Assembly: GCA_046290465.1 (NCBI GenBank)
Contig: JBKAGP010000001.1
Span: 6,272,001-6,336,000, forward strand
Direction: 5' to 3'
Origin: Planctomycetota bacterium
Lineage (GTDB): Bacteria; Planctomycetota; UBA1135; UBA2386
DNA: 64,000 nucleotides
How positions within the stretch are numbered: the stretch's first letter is position 1; every line of letters starts with the position of its first letter. This document shows positions 1 through 8,305 of the stretch, one piece after another. Below the pieces are notes generated by a model, which did no database searches, was not told the origin of the DNA, and worked only from the letters and a program-made list of their open reading frames with translations. A program made the translations under genes and the position numbers.

Positions 1-141
1 CAGCCGCGGCGACACGTAGACGAGGCCGCAGTCGCTGCAGGTGTAGAGCGTGAAGCCCTTGTCCTCGAACTTCACGGTGCGCTGCTCGCTGCCACAGACC
101 TGGCAGCGGGTGATGTGCTCGACGTCGCTCACTGCGCTCAC
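1..141 (-). CDS. N-terminal part of a probable class I SAM-dependent methyltransferase with Zn-ribbon (runs off the window)
   Basis: Manual translation MSAVSDVEHITRCQVCGS...YTCSDCGLVYVSPRL; paired CxxC; GTGA overlap with the upstream GT2 stop. Confidence 0.6.
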   Translation of the reverse strand, partial: MSAVSDVEHITRCQVCGSEQRTVKFEDKGFTLYTCSDCGLVYVSPRL

Positions 142-893
142 GCCTTCTGGACCTCGGCCTTCGGGATCGGCGCGCCCCGTTCGAGGAACCGCTTGCGACA
201 GATCGTGCGGAACATCTTGAACGCGAGCTTCGCCTGGCGGGAGAACGTGTCGCTGTGCTTGCTCTCGCCGCCCATGCGGCTGCCGTAGCTGACCGGCACC
301 TCGATGACCCGGCAGCGGGCCTGCAGCGCGGCGCACATCATCTCCGGGGAGAAGGCCGGGCCCGGCTCGCGGGTGCGTTCGCGCACCTTGTGCCAGGTCT
401 CGCGGTCGAGCGCGCGGAACGTGCAGCCGACGTCGGTGAAGCGAGGCTCCGAAGGCCGCATCCAGCACAGCTGCAGGAACTTGGCCATGAACACGTTGCC
501 CCAGCGCAGCAGGAACCGCATGTTCGCGCCCTGTTCGACCATCTGCCGCGTGGTGCGGGTGCCCATCACCATGCCGGCGTCCTCGAGGTAGCACAGCAGC
601 TTGACGACGTCCTTGGCGCGGAAGCTGCCGTCGGCCTCGACCAGCACCAGCAGGTCGCCCTTGGCGGCGTTCATGCCGGCGGTCAGCGCCGCGCCGTAGC
701 CCGGCTGCGACTCCTGGACGACGGTCGCGCCGGCCGCCGCGGCGAGCGCCGCAGTGCGGTCCTTGCAGTTGTTGTCGACGACGACGATCTCGTCGAGGTG
801 GGGCTCCTGGCGGAACTCCTCCACGACCTCGGCAATCGTCTCTTCCTCGTTGTAGGCAGGAATGACGAGCGAGACGGTCCGATCGCGGAACAT
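138..893 (-). CDS. Glycosyltransferase family 2 (DPM1-like)
   Basis: VIPAYNEE, VVDNN, GYGAA, EAD and GESK motifs; ATG at 893 preferred over the track's 1007. Confidence 0.9.
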   Translation of the reverse strand: MFRDRTVSLVIPAYNEEETIAEVVEEFRQEPHLDEIVVVDNNCKDRTAALAAAAGATVVQESQPGYGAALTAGMNAAKGDLLVLVEADGSFRAKDVVKLLCYLEDAGMVMGTRTTRQMVEQGANMRFLLRWGNVFMAKFLQLCWMRPSEPRFTDVGCTFRALDRETWHKVRERTREPGPAFSPEMMCAALQARCRVIEVPVSYGSRMGGESKHSDTFSRQAKLAFKMFRTICRKRFLERGAPIPKAEVQKA

Positions 894-1078
894 GGGGCGA
901 ACCAGGATACCCGCGGCCGCATGCGATGGGGGCGTCGTTTCCAACTTGGTCCCGGCCTGCGACCGGCCCAAAACCGTGGATTGACCGGCCGTTACGATGG
1001 CCTTCACGGGCCCGATCGGCCTGAACCGGCAGCGCGCTTTTGTCGTTGCCGGCGCAGCCCCCTATCCTCGAAGCCGCA

Positions 1079-2890
1079 ATGTCCAAGACCTCCTCCCTCC
1101 TCCTCGCCTCGATGCTGTTGGCGCCGTGTGCGTTCGCCCAGCAAGACCACGGCGCTCCACAGCGCAAGAAGGGCACGATCTACAAGCACCAGGTCGACGG
1201 CCTGATCGGCGCGCTGCGCTCGACCGCGCGCCGCGGCGAGGCCAGCGCGGCTGCCGAGGGGGTGCTCGGCTGTGACGTGCTGTCGACGGCGAAGATCCTG
1301 GTCGCGATGGGGCATTGCCATCGCCGCTACCACATCAGTGACGGCCCGGTCGTGCGCCCGTCGCTCGACTACCTGCTGCAGAACCGTCGCTCGAACGGCG
1401 GCTTCGGCGACGCGCAGACGACCCGCTGGGTCGTCGACGCGATGCGGATCCTGAACCCCGATGGCTACGCCGAGGACATCCGCGCCTGCGAGCGCTGGCT
1501 CGCCGGCCAGGACGCCAAGGTCGCGTCGTTCGAGGGCATGGTGCACGGCCTGCTCGAGGACGTGCGCGCCGACCGCTATCCCGAGCACATGGGCAGCGCC
1601 GCCAAGAAGCTCGCCGACGGCTGGATCGCCGCGCCGGCGGGCCTCGATCGCAAGCAGGCCGCCGATGCGCTGTGCAAGCTGGCTGCCTGCCAGCGGGCCA
1701 ACCGGCTGATGGACGAGACGGTCGCGCAGGACGTCGTGGCGACCTGGTCCGACTCGCAGCAGAAGGCGTTCGCCTGGCTGTTCACGCAGCAGAAGGGCGG
1801 GGTGTTCTCGGTCACGATGCCCGTCAAGAACGACAAGGGCGAGACCGTGATGCGTTCGTTCCCCGATCCGGCGTTCACCGGCTTCGGCCTGATGGCCCTG
1901 CAGAGCAAGCCCAAGGCGAAGCGCACCGCCGCCGAGCAGCAGGTGATCGACGACGGCCTCGCGTGGCTGCTGACGCAGCAGAACGAGGACGGCACGTTCG
2001 GCCAGCAGGTCACCAACTACACGACCTGTGTGGTGGTCGGCGCGCTGTCGCGCTGGGAGAGCCCGAAGAAGGCGCCGGTGCTGAAGAAGGCGCAGAAGGC
2101 GATCCTGATGTTCCAGAACACCGAGTCGGGTGGCTATTCGCCGAGCGACCGGGACTACGGCTCGATCGGCTACGGCAACAGCCAGCGCGGCGACCTCAGC
2201 AACCTGCACTTCTCGCTCGGCGCGCTGCGCGAGACCGGCCTGCCGGAGGACCACGAGGCGCTCAAGAAGGCGATCGTGTTCTTGCAGCGCACGCAGAACC
2301 TGAAGTCGAGCAACGACTTCGCCGGCCGCGTGCCGCACCCTTCGAAGGAAGGCGAGACCCTCGAGGTCAAGTCGGGCGACGACGGCGGCGCGACCTACTA
2401 CCCGGGCAACAGCAACGCCGGCTACCAGATCAACCCGGACGGCACCGCGGTCGCGCGCAGCTACGGGTCGATGACCTACGCGCTGCTGAAGTCCTACACG
2501 CTGGCCGGCCTGAAGGGCGACGACCCGCGCGTGCAGGCGGCGGTCAAGTGGATCCAGGAGAACTGGACGCTCGCGATCAACCCGGGCTCCGACCCGGCGC
2601 TCGGCGAGAAGACCAAGTACGCGGGCCTGTTCTACTACTACATGGTGCTCGCCCAGGCGCTGGATGCGGCGGGCATCGACACCGTCAACCAGATCGACAA
2701 GCGCACGATCGGCAACAGCGGCAGCATGACGATGAAGCCGATCGACTGGCGCAAGGCGCTGCGCGCGCACCTGGCCAGGATCCAGCAGCCGGACGGCACC
2801 TGGGTCAACGGCAAGAACGGCCGCTGGATGGAGAACCTGCCGCTGCTCTGCACGTGCTACGCGATGGCGGCGCTGGAGCACTGCAAGTGA
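1079..2890 (+). CDS. Secreted prenyltransferase/squalene-oxidase (QW-like) repeat protein
   Basis: Signal peptide MSKTSSLLLASMLLAPCAFAQ; repeats WLLTQQNEDGTF, QQPDGTW, SYGSMTY; no DxDD cyclase motif. Confidence 0.8.
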   Translation: MSKTSSLLLASMLLAPCAFAQQDHGAPQRKKGTIYKHQVDGLIGALRSTARRGEASAAAEGVLGCDVLSTAKILVAMGHCHRRYHISDGPVVRPSLDYLLQNRRSNGGFGDAQTTRWVVDAMRILNPDGYAEDIRACERWLAGQDAKVASFEGMVHGLLEDVRADRYPEHMGSAAKKLADGWIAAPAGLDRKQAADALCKLAACQRANRLMDETVAQDVVATWSDSQQKAFAWLFTQQKGGVFSVTMPVKNDKGETVMRSFPDPAFTGFGLMALQSKPKAKRTAAEQQVIDDGLAWLLTQQNEDGTFGQQVTNYTTCVVVGALSRWESPKKAPVLKKAQKAILMFQNTESGGYSPSDRDYGSIGYGNSQRGDLSNLHFSLGALRETGLPEDHEALKKAIVFLQRTQNLKSSNDFAGRVPHPSKEGETLEVKSGDDGGATYYPGNSNAGYQINPDGTAVARSYGSMTYALLKSYTLAGLKGDDPRVQAAVKWIQENWTLAINPGSDPALGEKTKYAGLFYYYMVLAQALDAAGIDTVNQIDKRTIGNSGSMTMKPIDWRKALRAHLARIQQPDGTWVNGKNGRWMENLPLLCTCYAMAALEHCK

Positions 2891-3786
2891 GCGAAGCTGC
2901 GGCGCTGCCGACGCGCCAGGCGTGGTTCCGCTTCGAGCAGGACGGGGCCGCGCGCGTCGGCGCGATCGATGCGACCGGTGACGCGCCGCACTGGTTCGAC
3001 CTCGGCGTGCTCGACGTGGTGGCGCTGCTGCACGAAGGTGCGCTGCAGCGCGACGACCTGAAGGCGCGCATCGACGCGGCGCCGACGATGGCCGCGCCAG
3101 AGGCGCGCAACGCGTGGCGCTGGCTGCCGCCGGTGCCGCGCGGCGGCAAGATCCTGTGCCTCGCGAAGAACTACCTGAAGCACGCGCGCGAGTTCGGCGC
3201 CGAGGCGCCCGCGGAGCCGATCTTCTTCGCCAAGCTGCCGGACACGCTGGTCGCGCACGGCGACGACGTCGTGATTCCGTCGTGGCTCGAGACCCGCGTC
3301 GACCACGAGGCCGAACTCGGCCTGATCCTGGGCTTCTCCGATCCGGGCGCGCGCGGCCGCAAGGACGTCGCCGAGGCGGAGGCCCGTTCGCTGGTCGCCG
3401 GCTACACGGTCGTCAACGACGTCACCGCCCGCAAGCTGCAGGGCCAGGACCGCGACCAGAAGTATCCGTGGCTGCGCGCCAAGGCGATCGACACGTTCTG
3501 CCCGGCCGGCCCGTTCGTGGTCCCGGCCGATGCCGTCGACGGCGCCGACCTGCGCGTCGTGATGCGGGTCAACGGCGAGGTCCGCCAGGACGCGCGCACC
3601 CGCGAGATGGTGTTCTCGATCGAGCAGGCGCTGCACGCGATGTCGCGCGTAACCACCCTGCGTCCTGGCGACCTGATCGCGATGGGCACCCCCGAGGGCG
3701 TCTCCGCCGTGCACCCCGGCGACGACATGCAGGTCACCATCGAGTCCCTCGGCACCCTCCAGAACCCCGTCACCCGCCAACCCTGA
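2887..3786 (+). CDS. Fumarylacetoacetate hydrolase family protein
   Basis: KILCLAKNY, DHEAEL, NDVTAR, KAIDTFCP, GDLIAMGTPEGV; GTGA overlap with the upstream gene. Confidence 0.92.
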   Translation: MSEAAALPTRQAWFRFEQDGAARVGAIDATGDAPHWFDLGVLDVVALLHEGALQRDDLKARIDAAPTMAAPEARNAWRWLPPVPRGGKILCLAKNYLKHAREFGAEAPAEPIFFAKLPDTLVAHGDDVVIPSWLETRVDHEAELGLILGFSDPGARGRKDVAEAEARSLVAGYTVVNDVTARKLQGQDRDQKYPWLRAKAIDTFCPAGPFVVPADAVDGADLRVVMRVNGEVRQDARTREMVFSIEQALHAMSRVTTLRPGDLIAMGTPEGVSAVHPGDDMQVTIESLGTLQNPVTRQP

Positions 3787-3820
3787 GTTGCCGTACGGTA
3801 CGCGGTTCATCCTCCAACTT
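3786..3820 (+). repeat. REP-like intergenic repeat, single copy
   Basis: 33/35 identical to the reverse complement of 25290-25324. Confidence 0.7.
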
Positions 3821-3902
3821 TCGAAGAACGCCCCGGGCCACGGCCCTTGCCCCGCCCCGGGGTCGCGACGCACAGGCCGTCGGCAGGTTCGTCCTGCTCC
3901 CG

Positions 3903-3938
3903 GAACGGAACGAACGGAACGAACGGAACGAACGGACC
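3903..3938. repeat. Tandem repeat, 9-bp unit GAACGGAAC x4
   Basis: Read directly; lies just past the Kelch gene stop. Confidence 0.85.
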
Positions 3939-3940
3939 GG

Positions 3941-5488
3941 TCAGAAGCGGAGGGTCTCGACCGTGTCCAGGGTGGTGGTGGCGCCCTGGCCGCCGAACAG
4001 CAGCAGGGTGCCGTCGGGTAGCACGTCGGCGACGTGGCTCGCACGCGGGCCGGTCAGGGCGGGGGCGCTCGACCAGCTGTTGGAGACGGGGTCGAAGACG
4101 TCGACGTCGGCGATCGAGACCGGCGTCGTCAGCGTGCCCTGGGCGCCGCCGGCGGCGACGACGCGACCATCGAGCAGCACCGTCGCGCTGTGCAGCGCGC
4201 GCGCGTTGGGCATGTTGACCGTCTGCCACGAGTTGGTCGCGGCGCTGTAGACCTCGGCGCCGCTGATCGGCGCGGCGTTGGGCGCGCCGAGCAGGCTCGG
4301 AACGTTGACGCCGCCGGTCAGCAGCACGCGGCCGTCGTTGAGTCGGACCTGGTTGTACTGGTGGCCGGCCCGACCCTGCGCCATGTTCGGGCCGTTGCTC
4401 CAGCTGCCGCTGCCCGCGCTCCAGCGCTGCACCGCGTTGGTGCTGACCGCCGCGATCGGGATGCCGAAGAAGAACGTCACCTCGACGCCGCCGGAGACCA
4501 TCACCTGGTTGTTGGGCAGCAGCGACAGCGCCGGCGCCAGGCGGCGGCCGCCGATGCCGGCGGTGCCCGACCACGTGCCGGTCGACGGATCGTAGATCTC
4601 GGCCGATCCGAGCGTCGCGGTGATCGCCGCGGTGACGTCCGGCGTCAGCGTCGAGGTGCCGCCGGCGACCATCACGCGACCGTCGGCGAGCCTGGCGGCG
4701 CCGAACAGGATGCGCGGCGTGCTCATGCTGCCGGTTGCCGAGAAGCTGCCGGTGGCCGGATCGTAGATCTCGCACGAGCCGAGCACGGTGCCGTTCTGGT
4801 CGGCGCCGCCGATCAGCAGCGTGCGGCCGTCGTCGAGGCGAACGGCCGAGTGCAGCGCGCGCGCGGTCGTCATCGCCGGGCCCGGTTGGCGCAGCATGCG
4901 GCGGAAGTCCCACCGTTCGGTCGAGCTGAGCCCGGTGGCACCGGTCAGCGTGCCGGCGCCGCCGCCGCTGACCAGCACGTCGTAGCCGCTCGCGTTGTTG
5001 TCGTCGTCGACCAGCGCGGCCGAGAACGCGCGCGAGAACGCCAGCGTGCTGGGCGACAGCACGCCGGTGTCCGGCGTTCCGGTCAGCGTGACCACGTCGT
5101 TGCCGAGTTCGCCGAAGAAGCTCGCGCCGAGGGCGACCTCGATCGCCTGCCAGTGCAGCTCGACGCCGCTGAACGACGGGTTGTTCGGGATCGTGACCGA
5201 GTAGGCGGCCGTTCCGGTGGCGTCGGTCACCAGCGGTGCGGCCAGCGACAGCAGGTCGGTGCCGACCGACATCGCGCGCAGATCGCTCGGATCGACCAGC
5301 GTCAGCGGCGTCGGGCCGAACGTGTTGGACGGCACCAGCAGCAGGATCGACTGTGGCGGTGCGCCGACGATCTCGAGGTCGATCGGGTCGCCCAGGCGCG
5401 CGGCGCTGCGCTTCTCGAGGTCGAAGTCGAACTGCGCAGAGACCGGCGCGGTGCAGAGGGCGAGAGACAGGAGGTGGCGGAGCTTCAT
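3941..5488 (-). CDS. Secreted Kelch-repeat beta-propeller protein
   Basis: Signal peptide MKLRHLLSLALCTAPVSAQ; repeated R-x2-H...L.DGR.L..GG...E.YDP Kelch motifs. Confidence 0.88.
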   Translation of the reverse strand: MKLRHLLSLALCTAPVSAQFDFDLEKRSAARLGDPIDLEIVGAPPQSILLLVPSNTFGPTPLTLVDPSDLRAMSVGTDLLSLAAPLVTDATGTAAYSVTIPNNPSFSGVELHWQAIEVALGASFFGELGNDVVTLTGTPDTGVLSPSTLAFSRAFSAALVDDDNNASGYDVLVSGGGAGTLTGATGLSSTERWDFRRMLRQPGPAMTTARALHSAVRLDDGRTLLIGGADQNGTVLGSCEIYDPATGSFSATGSMSTPRILFGAARLADGRVMVAGGTSTLTPDVTAAITATLGSAEIYDPSTGTWSGTAGIGGRRLAPALSLLPNNQVMVSGGVEVTFFFGIPIAAVSTNAVQRWSAGSGSWSNGPNMAQGRAGHQYNQVRLNDGRVLLTGGVNVPSLLGAPNAAPISGAEVYSAATNSWQTVNMPNARALHSATVLLDGRVVAAGGAQGTLTTPVSIADVDVFDPVSNSWSSAPALTGPRASHVADVLPDGTLLLFGGQGATTTLDTVETLRF

Positions 5489-5602
5489 GCGGCTGTGGAT
5501 CGGTCCGTGGGGGGACCGGGACATGGTACTGCGGAAAACCCTGTCGTGTTCGTGCTCAAGCGCTCGGCAGCTCGTCCGAGAATGAGAACGGAGGAGCTGG
5601 CG

Positions 5603-6112
5603 ATGTCGGATCCATTGAGCAACGCAGCATCGGTCGGTCCCGTCGGCGGGTTCCCGGGCCATAGCCGTCACGACGTGCCGAAGCGGCGCACCGGAACAGG
5701 GGCGCAGCCGCAGGCCGAACCCGGGGGCACCGACGAGGTCACGCTGCACCCGCCCGAGACGATCGCGCGGCGGCTGCTGCGCGAACGGGTGCTCTACCGC
5801 ACCCGGCAGCGCCTCGAGCTGCGCGACGGCGAGTTCGTGCCGTCGTTCGCCGAGGCGGTCGACGCCGAGCCGATTGCGGCGTTCCTCGGCCGCCTGCTCG
5901 GGGCCCAGAACCAGCTCGCCGCGCTGCGCACCGTCCAGCTGTCGCAGCCCGAACTGCGCAGCCGCCTCGACCTGGCGCTGCGCGAAGGCACCGCCGAGGT
6001 CGTCGAGATGCTGTCGCGCGACGGCGACGACGCGCACGCGCTGGCCGCCGTCGAAGTGGTCGCCGAGGTGCTCGCCGAATACGCCCGCCGCCTGACCGAC
6101 CTGACCACCTGA
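5603..6112 (+). CDS. Hypothetical helical protein (weak DUF5610-like resemblance)
   Basis: GAGGAG RBS before ATG 5603; good codon usage; family guess is low confidence. Confidence 0.7.
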   Translation: MSDPLSNAASVGPVGGFPGHSRHDVPKRRTGTGAQPQAEPGGTDEVTLHPPETIARRLLRERVLYRTRQRLELRDGEFVPSFAEAVDAEPIAAFLGRLLGAQNQLAALRTVQLSQPELRSRLDLALREGTAEVVEMLSRDGDDAHALAAVEVVAEVLAEYARRLTDLTT

Positions 6113-6184
6113 CGGACCTGACCACCTGACGGACCTGACCACCTGACGGACCTGACCACCGGACCGGCCTGACCACCGGACCGG
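6100..6184. repeat. Tandem repeat, 17-bp unit x5
   Basis: CCTGACCACCTGACGGA x3 then CCTGACCACCGGACCGG x2; the first copy contains the stop codon at 6110-6112. Confidence 0.9.
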
Positions 6185-6242
6185 TCCGAGCGTCTGGTTC
6201 CGGGACGAACCTCACGGACCGAGCCGCGGCGCCGGTCGCCGT

Positions 6243-7460
6243 TCAGCCGCCGTCGACGTGCTCCGGGTCGTCGAGCACCAGGTCCTCGTCGCGCGCCTCG
6301 AGGAACCCCTCGGGCAGCGAAACCTGCTGGGTCTTGCCGTCCTTGCAGCGGCGCGCGCGCAGCCCGGCCATCGGATACGGCAGGTCGCGCGGCAGGTCCT
6401 GCAGCAGGTCGTCAAGCTCGTCGAGCGTCTTGACCAGGTGCAGAGCCGGCAGCTTCTTCTTGGTGCCCGGAAACCCCTTCAGGTACCACCCGGTGAACTT
6501 GCGGATCTGCTGCAGGCCGTGCTTCTCGCCGAAGAACTGCGCCAGCAGCCGGGCATGCGCCGACATCGTGTCGAGCACGCCGCCGAGGTCGGGTGGCGGC
6601 GGCGGCTCGTTGCCGGTCAGCACCGCGCACAGCTCGCCAAACAACCACGGTCGGCCGAGGCAGCCGCGGCCGACGACGACGCCATCGCAGCCGGTCTGCC
6701 GGATCATCCGGATCGCATCCCACGGCTCGAAGATGTCGCCGTTGCCGAGTACCGGGATCGTCGTCACGTGCTGCTTCAGCTCGGTGATCGCATCCCAGTC
6801 GGCCTTGCCCGAATACAGCTGCGCGGCAGTGCGCGCGTGCAGGGCGACCGCGCGCGCGCCCTCCTGTTCGCCGATGCGGCCCGCATCGAGGAACGTCAAC
6901 AGCTCGTCGTCGATGCCCTTGCGGAACTTGATCGTCACCGGCACGTCGCCGGCGCTCTTGACCACGCTGTGCACGATCTTCTGCAGCAGCCGCGGCTTGA
7001 CCGGGATCGCCGAGCCGCCGCCCGCCGCGGTCACCTTACGCACCGGGCAGCCGAAGTTCATGTCGATGTGGTGCACACCCCATTCCTCGGCCAGCACCTT
7101 GGTCGCCTGCGCCAGCGTCTCCGGGTTGGTGCCGTAGAGCTGGATGCTGCGGCGGCTCTTCTCGTCCTCGCCGAAGCTCGCCAGCTGCAGGGTGCGCGCG
7201 TGCCCCTCGACGAACGCACGCGCGGTGATCATCTCGCTGACGTAGAGGCAGCGGTCCTGTGAGAACCGACGGCACAGCGAACGGAATGGCGCGTTGGTGA
7301 TGCCCGCCATCGGCGCGAGCACGACGGGGGGATCGACGACGAGGTCGCCGATCTGCAGCGGCGCGACTTCGCCCGGCTGCGCGACCGCGACCCCGGCGTT
7401 CTCTTCGCTGCGGAGCGCCTCGCGAGGCGCCGCTTCATCGGGTGGGTCCGCTGCTGCCAA
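6243..7460 (-). CDS. dusB: tRNA-dihydrouridine synthase B
   Basis: LAPMAG, IDMNFGCP, VTIKFRKG, HARTA, GNGDI, VVVGRG motifs; start uncertain. Confidence 0.92.
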   Translation of the reverse strand: MAAADPPDEAAPREALRSEENAGVAVAQPGEVAPLQIGDLVVDPPVVLAPMAGITNAPFRSLCRRFSQDRCLYVSEMITARAFVEGHARTLQLASFGEDEKSRRSIQLYGTNPETLAQATKVLAEEWGVHHIDMNFGCPVRKVTAAGGGSAIPVKPRLLQKIVHSVVKSAGDVPVTIKFRKGIDDELLTFLDAGRIGEQEGARAVALHARTAAQLYSGKADWDAITELKQHVTTIPVLGNGDIFEPWDAIRMIRQTGCDGVVVGRGCLGRPWLFGELCAVLTGNEPPPPPDLGGVLDTMSAHARLLAQFFGEKHGLQQIRKFTGWYLKGFPGTKKKLPALHLVKTLDELDDLLQDLPRDLPYPMAGLRARRCKDGKTQQVSLPEGFLEARDEDLVLDDPEHVDGG

Positions 7461-7528
7461 CTCGATGGCCCGATGCCTCGATCAAGCCGGCCGTCAGGCC
7501 AGCCGGATGATGGTTCGGACCATTGAGT

Positions 7529-7617
7529 TGGTGCCCAGGAGAGGACTTGAACCTCCACGGGATTTTACTCCCACTAGGACCTGAACCTAGCGCGTCTGCC
7601 AATTCCGCCACCTGGGC
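7529..7617 (-). tRNA. tRNA-Leu(CAG)
   Basis: Acceptor stem GCCCAGG/CCTGGGC, anticodon arm CTAGG-TTCAGGT-CCTAG, long variable arm, TTCAAGT T-loop, encoded CCA. Confidence 0.97.
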
Positions 7618-7635
7618 AACAAGTGGGGACGGAGG

Positions 7636-7663
7636 ACAGTAGCGGGGGGCGATCGCCATGCAA
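7636..7663 (-). promoter_or_regulatory. Sigma70-type promoter for tRNA-Leu and possibly dusB
   Basis: TTGCAT-16nt-TACTGT on the minus strand, 18 nt upstream of the tRNA. Confidence 0.55.
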
Positions 7664-7749
7664 GGCCCATTCGCCGCTTTCCTTGCCGGTGCCTTCACCG
7701 CGTGCTTGCGCCGTCGCGGCCGATGCCGTAGCGAGGGGCGTTCGAAACG

Positions 7750-8226
7750 ATGGCCAAGAAGGCAAGCAAGCAGACCAAGACCGGCTCGAACGAGACCCTG
7801 GTGGGCGAGAACCGCAAGGCCCGGTTCGAGTACGAGATCCTCGACACCTTCGAGGCCGGCATGGTGCTGCGCGGCACCGAGGTCAAGACGCTGCGCCACG
7901 GCCATGTGACCCTCGGCGAGGCCTACGCGAAGTTCACGGCTGAGGAGCTGTGGCTGATCGGCTGCAACATCCCCGAGTACAGCCACGGCAACCTGCAGAA
8001 CCACGAACCGAAGCGCCGCCGCAAGCTGCTGCTCAAGAAGCAGGAGCTGAAGAAGCTCAAGGACCAGGCCCAGACCAAGGGCCTGACGTTGATTCCGCTG
8101 CGTATCTACTTCGGCGAGAAGGGCTACGCCAAGGTCACGATCGGCGTCGGCCGCGGCCGCAAGTCAAAGGACAAGCGACAGAACCTGAAGGAGAAGGAAG
8201 CGAAGCGCGAGATGCGCGACGTCTGA
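7750..8226 (+). CDS. smpB: SsrA-binding protein SmpB
   Basis: NRKARFEY, EAGMVLRGTEVK, RKLLL, GLTLIPL, DKR tail. Confidence 0.98.
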   Translation: MAKKASKQTKTGSNETLVGENRKARFEYEILDTFEAGMVLRGTEVKTLRHGHVTLGEAYAKFTAEELWLIGCNIPEYSHGNLQNHEPKRRRKLLLKKQELKKLKDQAQTKGLTLIPLRIYFGEKGYAKVTIGVGRGRKSKDKRQNLKEKEAKREMRDV

Positions 8227-8287
8227 GTCAGCGCGCCGTCTGAGTCTGGGCTACGTCTGAGTCCGGGCTACGTCTGAGCCGGGGCGT
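8220..8287. repeat. Degenerate tandem repeat, 17-bp period x4 (CGTCTGAG core)
   Basis: Copies at 8220, 8237, 8254, 8271; the first contains the smpB stop. Confidence 0.8.
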
Positions 8288-8305
8288 CGCGCCGCCCGAG
8301 GCCGT

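Noticed and set aside
1079..2890. Squalene-hopene cyclase call
   Set aside because: No DxDD motif, and a signal peptide is present
6100..8287. 17-bp repeat arrays as CRISPR
   Set aside because: Units are head-to-tail with no unique spacers, and no cas genes are present
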